Of a stretch of DNA of 64,000 nucleotides, positions 9,679-19,639 are shown one piece after another. The notes below the pieces were generated by a model. The model was given only the letters and a program-made list of their open reading frames with translations. It was not told where the DNA came from and did not search any database. The stretch's first letter is position 1. Each line of letters opens with the position of its first letter. Origin of the DNA: Magnetococcales bacterium (GTDB lineage: Bacteria > Pseudomonadota > Magnetococcia > Magnetococcales > JADGBX01). Location: assembly GCA_015231265.1 (NCBI GenBank), contig JADGBX010000001.1:23311-87310 (forward strand), in the 5' to 3' direction. The translations under genes were made by a program, and so were the position numbers.

Positions 9679-10104
9679 TTATATATTTCGCTCGAGTAAA
9701 TAGACGATTACGGCGTATCTTCCCCCCTTTCCGAGAGTGACCAAGATCAGAAAACGCCAAAAAGAGTACCTGAGTACTCCGGCAATTACCGTCAACGGAT
9801 CACCGATCACCGGAACCCACGCCAGCAGCAGTGACCACGCGCCATAGCGTTGAAACCGCTCTTCCGCCTTCCGGATCTCTTGACGATTCACCGGAAACCA
9901 CCGCCGCTCCAGAAAAGAGATACCCCAGAAACCAAGCCCCCAATTGAGACAGGCGCCCAACACATTACCGAGAGTTGCAGCAAACCATAAAGCGGCGGCT
10001 GTTTGCTGCGCATCGCTCAGTAAGGCAAGCAGAAGGATTTCAGAGGAGAGAGGAAGGATCGTTGCGGCTAAGAGAGAGAGGAGGAACAGCTCAAAGAGAA
10101 CCAT
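9679..10104 (-). CDS. YqaA/DedA-type small inner-membrane protein
   Basis: 141 aa and multi-TM. RYGAWSLLLAWVPVIGDPLTVIAGVLR is the characteristic YqaA/SNARE-associated motif. Confidence 0.7.
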   Translation of the reverse strand: MVLFELFLLSLLAATILPLSSEILLLALLSDAQQTAAALWFAATLGNVLGACLNWGLGFWGISFLERRWFPVNRQEIRKAEERFQRYGAWSLLLAWVPVIGDPLTVIAGVLRYSFWRFLILVTLGKGGRYAVIVYLLERNI

Positions 10105-10362
10105 ATCACTGTCATCAATGCGTCAGAGAGGTGTCAAAATCCGTAAGATTTTTCCGGTTTGAAAATAAATCAAGGAAAAAAAACTAAAAAAACTAAAAAG
10201 TTGATTCAGTGCGCAACCGCTTGATCAATGACGATGTTCACTCTGAAGAGAGAGTTGATATTTGAGCATGGCATGTATCATGCATTAAATAAAAATAACC
10301 GTTCGAATTCAAGTTCCTTCGGCATCTGCCGATAAGGTAATCAAGAGATACGGTGCGAAACA

Positions 10363-10581
10363 ATGATCTTCGGAATCGGACTAATGAGCATGTTAAGCGA
10401 CCTTGGACCCTTTCATATGATTCTGCAGTCGGGCGGCGTCCGGAACGGACTGAGCGTCTCGGCGGGGCAGAAGAGCGGCTGGCGTTCACCTGGGCAGGAT
10501 GTCCAGATGCAGACCGATCGCCGCAAGAACGAACAGGATGAGTTCTCCCACATTCTGGATGAGGCCCTGCGCAAGACCTGA
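10363..10581 (+). CDS. hypothetical small protein (weakly supported)
   Basis: This 72-aa ORF lies in an otherwise empty 540-bp gap. Its 3' half uses genome-typical GC-ending codons (..QMQTDRRKNEQDEFSHILDEALRKT). It has no clear SD and no recognisable family. Confidence 0.3.
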   Translation: MIFGIGLMSMLSDLGPFHMILQSGGVRNGLSVSAGQKSGWRSPGQDVQMQTDRRKNEQDEFSHILDEALRKT

Positions 10582-10644
10582 GGCCCTTCGAAACAGTTCG
10601 GAACCATCGGCGCCCTGCCCTCAAGCACGGCGTCGATTTTCGTT

Positions 10645-11391
10645 TTAGAACGCCTGTTTCTCCAGAATGATCACCATGCGAAAGGCCATCAGACGTCCCA
10701 GCAATGGCATCACTCTCGACTCCAGCGCCAAAACAGTGGGAACAATCGCCGATGGGATCAGGCTCCACGGTCTGAACCCTCCCGATAAGGGATAGGCAAA
10801 GAGGCTGTGCCGTCTCACCTCAAGAACGCTCAATCCTGGAATCTCCGCTTCGAACTGCGCCTTCATACGGCTGAACAGCAAGGTTGGAATCGCCTGGTTG
10901 GCTTCAAAGGCATCCAACTCCGGATCGATCTCCCCCTCCTGCATGGGGTCGGCGGACATGATCACGTCTTCAGGATGGAACCAGGTATAGAAGATCCGGC
11001 TGATCGGTGAGATGTATGGCTCCACCAGCACCACACGACCTCCCGGTTTCAATATCCGCTCCGCCTCTCTGAGAAAGCGCATGGGCCACTGAATGTGGTG
11101 TAGAACATCAAACAGCACCACATTGTCGAAACGAGACTCAGCAATGGGCAGCCTCTGGGCATCTGCAAGCAGATCGAGCCAGGGCGCGGGCAGGATGTCG
11201 GTGGAGATCACATTGGGAGCGAAGGATTTAAAATTCCCTGAACCTCCACCGATCTCCAGCGTTGAACCATCGACACACGCCTCGGCCATGATGCGATAGA
11301 GATCGTTATAGATGGCGCGCAACACCGGTTTGCGCTGCCACTGAAGATTCTGCGCATCCAGGCGGTGATCCGTGGGAGGGGTCGTGGACAT
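10645..11391 (-). CDS. class I SAM-dependent methyltransferase
   Basis: It has SAM motif I (TLEIGGGSGNF) and a post-I/II region (FDNVVLFDVLHHI, ILKPGGRVVLVEP). It is the last gene of a four-gene same-strand cluster. Confidence 0.75.
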   Translation of the reverse strand: MSTTPPTDHRLDAQNLQWQRKPVLRAIYNDLYRIMAEACVDGSTLEIGGGSGNFKSFAPNVISTDILPAPWLDLLADAQRLPIAESRFDNVVLFDVLHHIQWPMRFLREAERILKPGGRVVLVEPYISPISRIFYTWFHPEDVIMSADPMQEGEIDPELDAFEANQAIPTLLFSRMKAQFEAEIPGLSVLEVRRHSLFAYPLSGGFRPWSLIPSAIVPTVLALESRVMPLLGRLMAFRMVIILEKQAF

Positions 11392-11409
11392 GACGGGGAG
11401 AGCCCTGTT

Positions 11410-12906
11410 CTAGAATGCTTTGAGCTTCTTGAAGGCAAACACCACCATCTGCAACAGCAACCAGCCATGCCGAAAGCGAGAGATCTGCGTCTCTCCGTAA
11501 CGTCGTGCAGCATAGCGAATCGGCACTTCGACGATCTTGAGATTCATCTTTGCGGAACCGAAAATCAGATCAAAATCCCCAAAGGGATCGAAATCCCCGA
11601 AATAGGCACGATTGGCTGCCAGTCGTTCATAGTGACGACGACGCATCACCTTGGTACCGCACAGGGTATCGGTGAACTTCTGATTGAGCAGCCAACTAAA
11701 GAGCCAGGAGAAGGTGCGATTGGCCCAGAAGTTCAGAAAACGCATCGCTTCCCGTTCCATGGGATAGATCAACCTGGTGCCGTTGATATACTCCCCCTTA
11801 CCCTCCGCAAGTGCCTTGTAGAACTTGGGCAACGTCTCCGGTGGTACGGTAAGATCGGCATCCAGGATCATAAGAATATCGCCTCGCGCCTCACCAAACC
11901 CTTTGCGCACCGCATCCCCTTTACCGATACCATCCTGCTTGAACACCTTGATGTCGTACTGGGGATAGGCGTCCCGAACCCGTTCACACTCCTCGAATGT
12001 TCCGTCCTGGCTCCCCCCTTCCACATAGAGGATCTCAATATCATCACAGAATCTGGGCAACCGCTGTACTGCCGGTTCGATGTTGCCTTTTTCATTGCGA
12101 CAGGGGATCAACACGGAGCAGGAGAGACCCGGTTCCGCTGCATCACGCATGGGACGCGCGACGATGTAGTTGCGCAGACAGAGGTTGCGAATACCCGGCA
12201 GCGTTCCGATAAATCGGTTGATCAACGGCCCGAGCCCTAAGAGATGGATCGGCACCAGTTGCCGCCACTCCATCTTCACCGGCTCAAAATCGGCCAACTC
12301 CAACAATCCGGTGATGTCATCCGTCGAGAACCAGTTCATCTCCACCTGGGGAACATGCTGACCGATCGCCTCAGCCATTTTCAAAACCGGCGACCAGAGC
12401 CACGAGTAGTAAGCAACGACCAGACGAGTATCCCGGTTACAGAGCGAATGGAGACTGGCGAAGGTGGCTTCGCAATCATCCAGATAACCGATGGTGTCGG
12501 AGATGATGATCACATCGAACGGCCCTTCCAGGCTGTCGATCAACTCCGGGTCCTCCATGTCACCGACAATGAATGTACACTCCGGAACATTGGCTTGTGC
12601 CTGTTCGATCATACCGGCACTGAGATCCACCCCCACACCGTACGAGGGTTTCAGCGTCTTGAGCAGACGGCCATTGCCACACCCCAGTTGCAGGATTTTC
12701 TGCCCTTCTGAAATGAGAAAGGAGAAGTAGCGATCATCTTCTGAATGAAAATAGCGGTTCTTTTCGATCCAGGCATCCCTCTCCGGAGCCAGATCGTTGG
12801 CAAGATCGACAATCGCCTTCTTGCGGCTGGGCTGGGGTAGATTTCGACCGATCATCGGGGGCTTTGGTGTCTCGTTCCCGGTGTCATCGTGGGCAGTCTG
12901 GGTCAT
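11410..12906 (-). CDS. fusion protein: N-terminal SAM methyltransferase + C-terminal GT2 polyprenyl-phosphate-type glycosyltransferase
   Basis: The N-terminal half carries ILQLGCGNGRLLKTL ... FDVIIISDTIGYL. The C-terminal half carries SVLIPCRNEKGNI ... GKGDAVRKGFGEARGDILMILDADLTVPPE (DxD) ... a C-terminal hydrophobic helix WLLLQMVVFAF, as in Dpm1/ArnC/GtrB-like enzymes. Confidence 0.8.
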   Translation of the reverse strand: MTQTAHDDTGNETPKPPMIGRNLPQPSRKKAIVDLANDLAPERDAWIEKNRYFHSEDDRYFSFLISEGQKILQLGCGNGRLLKTLKPSYGVGVDLSAGMIEQAQANVPECTFIVGDMEDPELIDSLEGPFDVIIISDTIGYLDDCEATFASLHSLCNRDTRLVVAYYSWLWSPVLKMAEAIGQHVPQVEMNWFSTDDITGLLELADFEPVKMEWRQLVPIHLLGLGPLINRFIGTLPGIRNLCLRNYIVARPMRDAAEPGLSCSVLIPCRNEKGNIEPAVQRLPRFCDDIEILYVEGGSQDGTFEECERVRDAYPQYDIKVFKQDGIGKGDAVRKGFGEARGDILMILDADLTVPPETLPKFYKALAEGKGEYINGTRLIYPMEREAMRFLNFWANRTFSWLFSWLLNQKFTDTLCGTKVMRRRHYERLAANRAYFGDFDPFGDFDLIFGSAKMNLKIVEVPIRYAARRYGETQISRFRHGWLLLQMVVFAFKKLKAF

Positions 12907-13008
12907 TTCCGAATCCTGTCAATCATATTGAACATCATCTTCTCCTGCATCCGAGCAGGAGCATCTATTGTTAATGGGAAAGCGGGTTAAGCAAGGGATA
13001 TTCAACCA

Positions 13009-14043
13009 TTATGATAAGGCACGGTTCTTCTTCTCCATCTCAGCCCGACCCCCCTTCCGGCGCGTAAAGAGCCAGACCGGCCCTCCTGGCAGCCCGGTCG
13101 CTAGAATCACCAATCCGAATCCAACGGAGAGGACGAATGCCTCTTGAGCCGGCACCCCGATAAAACCGAAGGCAGCGATCATCGCCCCTTCACGTACTCC
13201 CCACCCGGCCAGGGAGATAGGAACCACTGAAACCAGCACGACAGGTGGAACCAACACCAGACACGCCAGATAGGAGACATCGACACCCACCGCCAAGGCC
13301 AAACAATAGACCACAAATGGATTGGAAGCATGGACGAACATGGAGATGCCCAGAGTGACTCGCGCCGCTCGATCATGGCGAAGGATAGCCCAGGCATCGG
13401 AAGAGAGGGTGATGAATCCGCGAACAATGCGGTTGCCTCGAAAACGTTCCGGGAGACGCTTGAGCATTAGCAGGATGACGACAGCCACGGCAGCGGCAAG
13501 AATCAGGGCCAAGATCATCCAGAATGAGAGAGTGTTCCCCAACTGGAAAAAGAGCAGTGGCAGACAGAGAATCACCAACAGCGTCAGACCGATCAGAGCA
13601 ATAATACGATCCATCACCACACTGCGCACCGACAGGCCACCGGGATAACCATCCCGATAGAGCCGCCATGCGCGCACTGCATCCCCGCCCACTGTTGAAG
13701 GCAACGCCTGATTAAAGAAGATCCCGATGAGTACCAACTGCAATCCGTAGAGATAACTGACGGAGACCTTCATGGTCTCAAGAACCGCCATCCAGCGAAA
13801 TACCACCAGAAAGATGCAGAACAGTGCGGTCACAAAAGCTGCCAGCAGAAACAGGGGATCGGCAGAACCGAGTTGCTCACCGGTCTTTTCAAGATCATTG
13901 GCAGGAAAGAGCCAAGCGATCAAACCAATGGATATTGCTGCCTTGATAACAAACCCGAGGATATTCTTTAAACCACTTCCACTGCCGGTCACCGGATCAG
14001 AGAGTCGTGTGGTGTCGGCCGCACTTTCTTTATCGTTATCCAT
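13009..14043 (-). CDS. flippase-like membrane protein (LPG-synthase TM-domain / UPF0104 family)
   Basis: It is polytopic, and its N-terminal pattern LKNILGFVIKAAISIGLIAWLF...LLAAFVTALFCIFLVVFRW is typical of this family. The start ATG at 14043 is preceded by GGGGTGGGGAG. Confidence 0.65.
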   Translation of the reverse strand: MDNDKESAADTTRLSDPVTGSGSGLKNILGFVIKAAISIGLIAWLFPANDLEKTGEQLGSADPLFLLAAFVTALFCIFLVVFRWMAVLETMKVSVSYLYGLQLVLIGIFFNQALPSTVGGDAVRAWRLYRDGYPGGLSVRSVVMDRIIALIGLTLLVILCLPLLFFQLGNTLSFWMILALILAAAVAVVILLMLKRLPERFRGNRIVRGFITLSSDAWAILRHDRAARVTLGISMFVHASNPFVVYCLALAVGVDVSYLACLVLVPPVVLVSVVPISLAGWGVREGAMIAAFGFIGVPAQEAFVLSVGFGLVILATGLPGGPVWLFTRRKGGRAEMEKKNRALS

Positions 14044-14103
14044 ACACTCCCCACCCCCCATCACACCGCTCCAATTGGGATAACATCCGGCAATAACGGA
14101 CCA

Positions 14104-15477
14104 CTACCGTGTCTGCCCTCTTTCCCGCCGCCGTATATACCACTCCTGCACGACCAATACACCTATTGCGGTCATTACAATCAGCGTCGGTTCCAACGGC
14201 AAGCGATAACGGGACGCGTTGACCACAGGACCGGTCACAGCAAGAATATACCCGAAGGCCGGTACAAGATACCACAGACTCCAGCGGTCAAAACCACGCC
14301 CTCGCAACCAGGCGATGGCTCCCATCAGCGCCAGCAGCCGCAGTAAAAGTGTCAGGAGGATGGCAGGAATCATCAGCGCAAGATAGAGCCGGTTATCCGG
14401 ATGGGTGAGAAAATTCCAGATCTTGGTGCCAAAGTGGGAGCCCTCAGTTGTGTAAAAGCGGGGCCTTTCCATACCGATAACGGCGGGAAGAGAGGAGATG
14501 CTGGGACTCATGATATTGATACCTCCACCGACACTCCAACCATACACCATCTTCCAAACACCCAAGTTCTGGAATGCTTCTTTGGCAGTCTCAATCTGAA
14601 TGCGACTCCAGGTAAAAGGATTCTCCGGAACCTCTTCGTAGCCCTGCTCCAACCGACGTTGGCGAGCCTTCTCCTTCATCTGACTGACACCACTCTCCCA
14701 CGGGACACCATCCACATAGTTCATGGTGAGAGGGACGTACCAAATCAGCACCGTCCCACCCGATTGACTGCTGAGAGAGGCGACACCATACGTCTGTTTA
14801 TTGTGGATCAGAACCGGAGAGATCAACGCCATTGCCAAGCCGAGACAGACCACACCCTGCATCAAAGCCGAATGCCATGCCGTTCGCCGGACAACGAGAA
14901 CAAACAGAAAGAGCAGAATCACCACCGGCAGAAAATACATCATCACCGGTCGGGTAAGCAGGGAGAGGCCCAAAGCGATCCCCAAAGCGATTGCCCGCCC
15001 CCATGTCGGAACCTTCAGATAACGCACCGCCATCAAAAGGTGCCAGGAAAAAAGCAACAGAAACAGTGTGTCAGTAAGGATGATCGAGGCATGCCCGATC
15101 ATATTCAAATTGAGAACAGCCAACCAGGCGGCAGGGAGAAACAGCTTCTCCGACACTTCACGTCCCAATAAGGCGATCAGGAGACATGTGACCGAGTCCA
15201 TCAACGCCTGACCGATCAGAGGAGGCACGAAGAAATCCGGCAACCACTGAAAAAAGAGACTCAAAAACATAGGGTAAAGCGGCAAACGGGCAGGATTATG
15301 CCAGTCTCCGTCAACCAGAATCGCATCAGCAATTCTGAGGTACTTTTTCGAGTCTGAAAGTGTCAACCACTCCAGATCAGTGGCAGAAAATGCGAGAAAC
15401 AGCAGGCGCACCAACAGTGCGACCAAAAAGATTCGGCGCAGAGTGGCAAAGGGGAGCGTTTGAGATTCCGACGTCAT
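14104..15477 (-). CDS. GT-C fold membrane glycosyltransferase (ArnT / PMT_2, GT39/GT83-like)
   Basis: 457 aa with about 10 or more TM segments. The N-terminal region (LVRLLFLAFSATDLEWLTLSDSKKYLRIADAIL..G) resembles the first periplasmic loop of ArnT/PMT enzymes. It is the first gene of the cluster. Confidence 0.7.
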   Translation of the reverse strand: MTSESQTLPFATLRRIFLVALLVRLLFLAFSATDLEWLTLSDSKKYLRIADAILVDGDWHNPARLPLYPMFLSLFFQWLPDFFVPPLIGQALMDSVTCLLIALLGREVSEKLFLPAAWLAVLNLNMIGHASIILTDTLFLLLFSWHLLMAVRYLKVPTWGRAIALGIALGLSLLTRPVMMYFLPVVILLFLFVLVVRRTAWHSALMQGVVCLGLAMALISPVLIHNKQTYGVASLSSQSGGTVLIWYVPLTMNYVDGVPWESGVSQMKEKARQRRLEQGYEEVPENPFTWSRIQIETAKEAFQNLGVWKMVYGWSVGGGINIMSPSISSLPAVIGMERPRFYTTEGSHFGTKIWNFLTHPDNRLYLALMIPAILLTLLLRLLALMGAIAWLRGRGFDRWSLWYLVPAFGYILAVTGPVVNASRYRLPLEPTLIVMTAIGVLVVQEWYIRRRERGQTR

Positions 15478-15501
15478 AACCGCCTCATTTGTGAAGCATG
15501 G

Positions 15502-16605
15502 TCAGAGTTCTTCGACCACTGGCGCGAACGGTGCCAGATCCAGATCGGGACTGTTCCCCATCACCAGATCACGAATCACATCGGCCGTGATCGCCGTGAG
15601 TAGAATCCCATTGCGGAAGTGGCCGGTGGCCATGGTCAATCCCTTCATGGTGGTAGCACCCAACAACGGTTTTCCATCCCCGGTTGATGGGCGTAACCCG
15701 GCCCAACTGTCGGTGATGCGACCAGCACCCAAGACAGGAACCATATTCATGGCCATACCGGTGATGCGATGCATCCCCTCAGCAGTGACCGCCTTGTCGA
15801 AACCACGGTCCTCCAGAGTTGAACCGAGAAGAACCCGACCGTCAGCACGTGGCACAACATAGCCTTGAAAACCGTACACGACCCGCCGAAACGCCGGTGG
15901 TCGCATCTCCAGTTGAATAATCTGACCCGACATGGGCCGTACATCGGTGCGTAGAGGGGGCAAACCATGCAAGCGGGTGCTCCAGGCTCCTCCGGCGATT
16001 ACCACATGATCGGCGTCGATCACACCCGATTCCGTACGGACCCCTGTCACTCGATTCCCCTCGGAAGCGATGCCGACCACCCGTTCACCGGAGCGGAAGG
16101 TTCCGCCTAACCGGGCCACGGCAGCAGCCAGAGCACGGCCAAGTTTGATGGAGTCCACCTGATGATCATCGGGATAGAAGTTAGCCCCGATAATGCGTTC
16201 CGAAAGTGCCGGTTCCAGCTTGCGGGCCTCGTCACGATCCAGCACTTCCACCCGCAATCCTCGCTCCAGCATCCACTCGGCCCGCCCAACTGCCAACCGC
16301 CCTTCTGAGGGGTCCATGGCCACTTCCAGAACACCGGAATCCTCATACTCGATAGAAACACCGCTGATCTCTTCAAGCTCATCGCTGAAGGCTCGGAATC
16401 GATTTCTGCTCTCAAGACAGAGTTCGAAGAAGGGCCCGGCGTCAGACACTTCGGACTGCGCGCCCAGAATACCCGCAGCCGCGGCGGAAGATTCTGCACC
16501 GGGCAGTGCCCGCTCAAGTACCGTGACCGTGTACCCTGCTTGCAGAAGCCGCATGGCTGAAGCACACCCCATGACTCCAGCACCGACGATGACAACATGT
16601 TCCAT
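15502..16605 (-). CDS. thiO: glycine oxidase ThiO (FAD-dependent)
   Basis: It has a dinucleotide fold (VVIVGAGVMGCASA), GAESSAAAAGILG, and C-terminal GHFRNGILLTAITA, which is typical of ThiO. Confidence 0.7.
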   Translation of the reverse strand: MEHVVIVGAGVMGCASAMRLLQAGYTVTVLERALPGAESSAAAAGILGAQSEVSDAGPFFELCLESRNRFRAFSDELEEISGVSIEYEDSGVLEVAMDPSEGRLAVGRAEWMLERGLRVEVLDRDEARKLEPALSERIIGANFYPDDHQVDSIKLGRALAAAVARLGGTFRSGERVVGIASEGNRVTGVRTESGVIDADHVVIAGGAWSTRLHGLPPLRTDVRPMSGQIIQLEMRPPAFRRVVYGFQGYVVPRADGRVLLGSTLEDRGFDKAVTAEGMHRITGMAMNMVPVLGAGRITDSWAGLRPSTGDGKPLLGATTMKGLTMATGHFRNGILLTAITADVIRDLVMGNSPDLDLAPFAPVVEEL

Positions 16606-16648
16606 TGCAGTACATTCCTGAATTATCTATGAGACTCACGAAGAGTTT

Positions 16649-17830
16649 CTACGCGTTAATCGACCAAACCAGTCCAACCACACTCCGTTTGCGCGCCTCA
16701 TCATAGTGCGTCCACTTGGCCTGCGGAATGCGATCATGTGACACGATCCGGAAACCTTCCCTCTGAAAGAAAGCGACTACCCTCTCATGGGTTGTGCAGG
16801 CAAAGAGTCCGTTCAACTCTTGCCGCGCCGCCTCCTGTTTCAGCCCCTGGATCATGCGTCTTCCCACGCCCTCGCCCTTGAACCGAGTAACGGTGTAGAG
16901 AGAGACAATCTCACCCAGATTTTCATCAAGATAGGGAGAGGTCAGTAGTCCACACACTCCTGCCATAACGCTTCCGGAGACAAACGCCCCATACCCTTCC
17001 GCTAAAATCGGTGCCAGATCGTGTTCCGAACGTGGCAGCAGAAACCCCTCCCGCTCTCCCTGACCGATGATGCTCACGGCTTGGGGATAGTCCCGCCAGA
17101 CCAATCGCCGGAGATCGCACTGGTGGCGACGAGAGAAAAAGGTCCCATGTCCCTGATAGGTGAACAACTCCTGGGGTAGATCACGAATTCTACAGAGACT
17201 GACCGATTCAACACCTTGCTGCAACAGCGACTCCACCAGAGAGAGTGTTCGGAGCGTCTCCTCAGGCATCTCCGGTAGATCGATCAGCAATTTACGTATG
17301 CCATCCGCCAAAACGAAACTGATGGGTTTGCCGTCCTGCCTCTGAATCCGCCCCAAAGCGTTCAGAACGATCATCCGAGAGAACCCCAGAACACCTGCAT
17401 ACTCGACCAATCGGCTGTGAAAAGCCTCTTCAGTCGCATCGGAACAGAGTCCTACCAGCACCGCATCGGATGCGCGGCAGTGGTTCATCAACAAAGATTG
17501 CCACCCCGTCACCGGCAGAAAACGGGTGCGCATGGCAGCCATGCTCTGCCCCATGATCTCCCTGAGATGCGAACCATACCGCTCCGGAACCTGCACAAGC
17601 AACAGAATACGCGCCCCGGCTTGAGTGAGCTCAGACAGCACCTCCACCAACCCCGACACTATCACCTCTGCCTCTTCCAGATCTCGCGGAAAGACCTCAT
17701 CCGGCAATATGAACACCAGGGAGGCATCACGAAACACCCTGAGGTAGAGATGTTTTTCCAGCGTGGATGGAGGTTCAACGCTCCCAACACTCGCAGAGCC
17801 GTTACACCCTTTTTCCCTTTTCATGGCCAT
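16649..17830 (-). CDS. argA: amino-acid N-acetyltransferase (N-acetylglutamate synthase-like: AAK-like domain + GNAT)
   Basis: It is colinear with ArgA as I recall it. LPQELFTYQGHGTFF matches LLQELFSRDGIGTQI, the GNAT core is EIVSLYTVTRFKGEGVGRRMIQGL, and the tail is IPQAKWTHYDEARKRSV. The N-terminal AAK-like part is divergent (LVFILPDEVF instead of a GG motif). Confidence 0.6.
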   Translation of the reverse strand: MAMKREKGCNGSASVGSVEPPSTLEKHLYLRVFRDASLVFILPDEVFPRDLEEAEVIVSGLVEVLSELTQAGARILLLVQVPERYGSHLREIMGQSMAAMRTRFLPVTGWQSLLMNHCRASDAVLVGLCSDATEEAFHSRLVEYAGVLGFSRMIVLNALGRIQRQDGKPISFVLADGIRKLLIDLPEMPEETLRTLSLVESLLQQGVESVSLCRIRDLPQELFTYQGHGTFFSRRHQCDLRRLVWRDYPQAVSIIGQGEREGFLLPRSEHDLAPILAEGYGAFVSGSVMAGVCGLLTSPYLDENLGEIVSLYTVTRFKGEGVGRRMIQGLKQEAARQELNGLFACTTHERVVAFFQREGFRIVSHDRIPQAKWTHYDEARKRSVVGLVWSINA

Positions 17831-17896
17831 TAAACCTGATGCACGCTCCCGTTGAGCCCTTTAACAAACCGTGAATTGTCTTCCGGAATCACCGCC

Positions 17897-19639
17897 ATGT
17901 CCACCGAGATCACCGATTCTTCCAGACTTGAAAGCCGACTCGATATGATTGACGGCAAAGGCTACAAAGCCTACCACACCGTCAAAGGGGTGTATCAACT
18001 GCCGGGATTCATCCTGCTGATCGACCATATTCAGGGCGATCCCTTTGCCGACCCTTCACGCATAAGAGTAAGGACCGAACACGGGAAAGCCCGGCTGCCT
18101 CCGGAACTCTACGACACGGAAACAGGGCGCCGTGCCTTGGAAGATTTTCTGCTTCGGCAACTGGCAACCGCCATCTCCACGACCGTTCGGGGTAACAGAG
18201 GCAGTGGAAAGAGCGGGGTCATCGCTGTTGTCCCCCATGGGCAGACGGTTCTGAAACGCAATGCGGTGTTGATCCTTGACGACGGCTCCATTGAAGCACG
18301 CATCCGTGTCGGACTTCCGGCCAACGGTCGCCGTATTGCCGCAAGACACGCCCGCATCATGCTGCTGGAAGAGCTGCCTCTGGTGGTGGAGAAAGCGCTT
18401 CTCCGTATCGCCTCAGAACGTCGTAAAGAGATGACATCTCACGTAGCCTGCATCGAAGATCAGCACTACCTGCGCCACTGGATCAAGGAGAAGAAACTGG
18501 CCGCCTTTGTTGCAGACGGATCCACGCTGCCTCGCGCTTCCGGTATCGACGACTCTCCTCTCACAACGAATGCCGTTCCTTTCCGAGCCCCGGAGAGTCT
18601 AGCCAGAACCGTAACCCTCCCCCATGCCGGAACGCTCCGTGGACTGGCGATTCCACTTGGTATTACACTGATCGTCGGCGGCGGATTCCACGGCAAGTCG
18701 ACACTGCTCAAAGCCCTGGAACAGGGTGTCTACGATCATATTCCCGGTGATGGCCGGGAGAGGGTCGTCACCACATCTACAGCCGTCACCATTCGGGCCG
18801 AAGATGGCCGTGCCATGACCGGCGTGGACATCTCACCATTCATCAAAACCCTGCCCGGCAATCGCGGCACGACCCATTTCAGCAGCAGCAACGCCAGCGG
18901 TAGCACCTCTCAGGCTGCCAACACTGTAGAAGCGGTACGCAGTGGTGCCACTCTCCTACTGGTTGACGAGGATACGGCTGCAACCAACTTCATGATACGC
19001 GATGCACGCATGCAAGCGCTGATTCATCCTGATCAGGAGCCGATCATCCCGTTTTCACAACAGATTCGGAGACTCTACACGGCGGATTGTGTCTCTACTA
19101 TTCTGGTCATGGGGGGTTCAAGCGCCTTCTTCGATCATGCTGACACCGTACTCTCAATGGTGGAGTATCACCCCCACGATGTTACGCAGAAGGCGCGCAG
19201 TCTCTGCCCTCCATGCACACCCGCCCCCGGCGCAGAGCGCAGATCCACCCCTCTCATTCCACACCCCTACCAACCACGACTGCTGGACAGCGCATCTCTG
19301 ACACCGCCCGACTGCCATCGCAAACGCCGTATCCGCCCATTGAATGCAAAGCGCCTGCTTTTTCATGGCAGTGAGATCGATGCCAGCCGAGTTTCACAAC
19401 TTGTGGATCGGGGCCAATTGGCAGCCATCGGATATCTGCTTCGATACTGCGGCCGACACTTTGCTCAACACTCTTTGGAAACAGCGATGAAAATGGCCCT
19501 CGATCACATCGAGAGCCAAGGTCTGGATACTCTTTCACCCACTATCACCGGAGAACTCGCTCTACCCCGACTTCAGGAAGCAATGGCGGTTGTGAACCGT
19601 TACCGGGAACTACGCCTTATCGAACCCCCTTCTTCCTGA
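17897..19639 (+). CDS. ABC-class ATPase domain protein (predicted ATPase of the ABC class, function unknown)
   Basis: The N-terminus is [41 protein letters not shown] and the P-loop-like segment is [30 protein letters not shown], matching the layout of that family. The start is taken at MSTEI. Confidence 0.7.
   Translation: MSTEITDSSRLESRLDMIDGKGYKAYHTVKGVYQLPGFILLIDHIQGDPFADPSRIRVRTEHGKARLPPELYDTETGRRALEDFLLRQLATAISTTVRGNRGSGKSGVIAVVPHGQTVLKRNAVLILDDGSIEARIRVGLPANGRRIAARHARIMLLEELPLVVEKALLRIASERRKEMTSHVACIEDQHYLRHWIKEKKLAAFVADGSTLPRASGIDDSPLTTNAVPFRAPESLARTVTLPHAGTLRGLAIPLGITLIVGGGFHGKSTLLKALEQGVYDHIPGDGRERVVTTSTAVTIRAEDGRAMTGVDISPFIKTLPGNRGTTHFSSSNASGSTSQAANTVEAVRSGATLLLVDEDTAATNFMIRDARMQALIHPDQEPIIPFSQQIRRLYTADCVSTILVMGGSSAFFDHADTVLSMVEYHPHDVTQKARSLCPPCTPAPGAERRSTPLIPHPYQPRLLDSASLTPPDCHRKRRIRPLNAKRLLFHGSEIDASRVSQLVDRGQLAAIGYLLRYCGRHFAQHSLETAMKMALDHIESQGLDTLSPTITGELALPRLQEAMAVVNRYRELRLIEPPSS

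Noticed and set aside
10176-10200. A-rich micro-tandem AAAAAAAACTAAAAAAACTAAAAAG in the yqaA upstream gap.
   Set aside because: There are only two short, low-complexity units. It is most simply an AT-rich promoter or UP-type tract and not a meaningful repeat array.
10238-10768. 176-aa ORF on the - strand spanning the intergenic gap and the 3' end of the methyltransferase gene.
   Set aside because: It overlaps a well-supported gene out of frame. It is Arg/Ser/Cys-rich, with no SD and no motif, so it is probably spurious.
12942-12961. Perfect 7-bp hairpin CTCCTGC-atccga-GCAGGAG between the flippase-like and MT-GT2 genes.
   Set aside because: It is short, lacks a U-tract on the transcribed (-) strand, and lies inside an apparent operon. 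At most it is a minor processing or stability element.
19617-19639. Convergent 3' overlaps of gene pairs: 23 nt here, 26 nt at 1210-1235 and 6 nt at 3905-3910.
   Set aside because: Such overlaps are common in compact bacterial genomes. They depend on correct stop assignment only, and nothing else unusual is seen at these sites.
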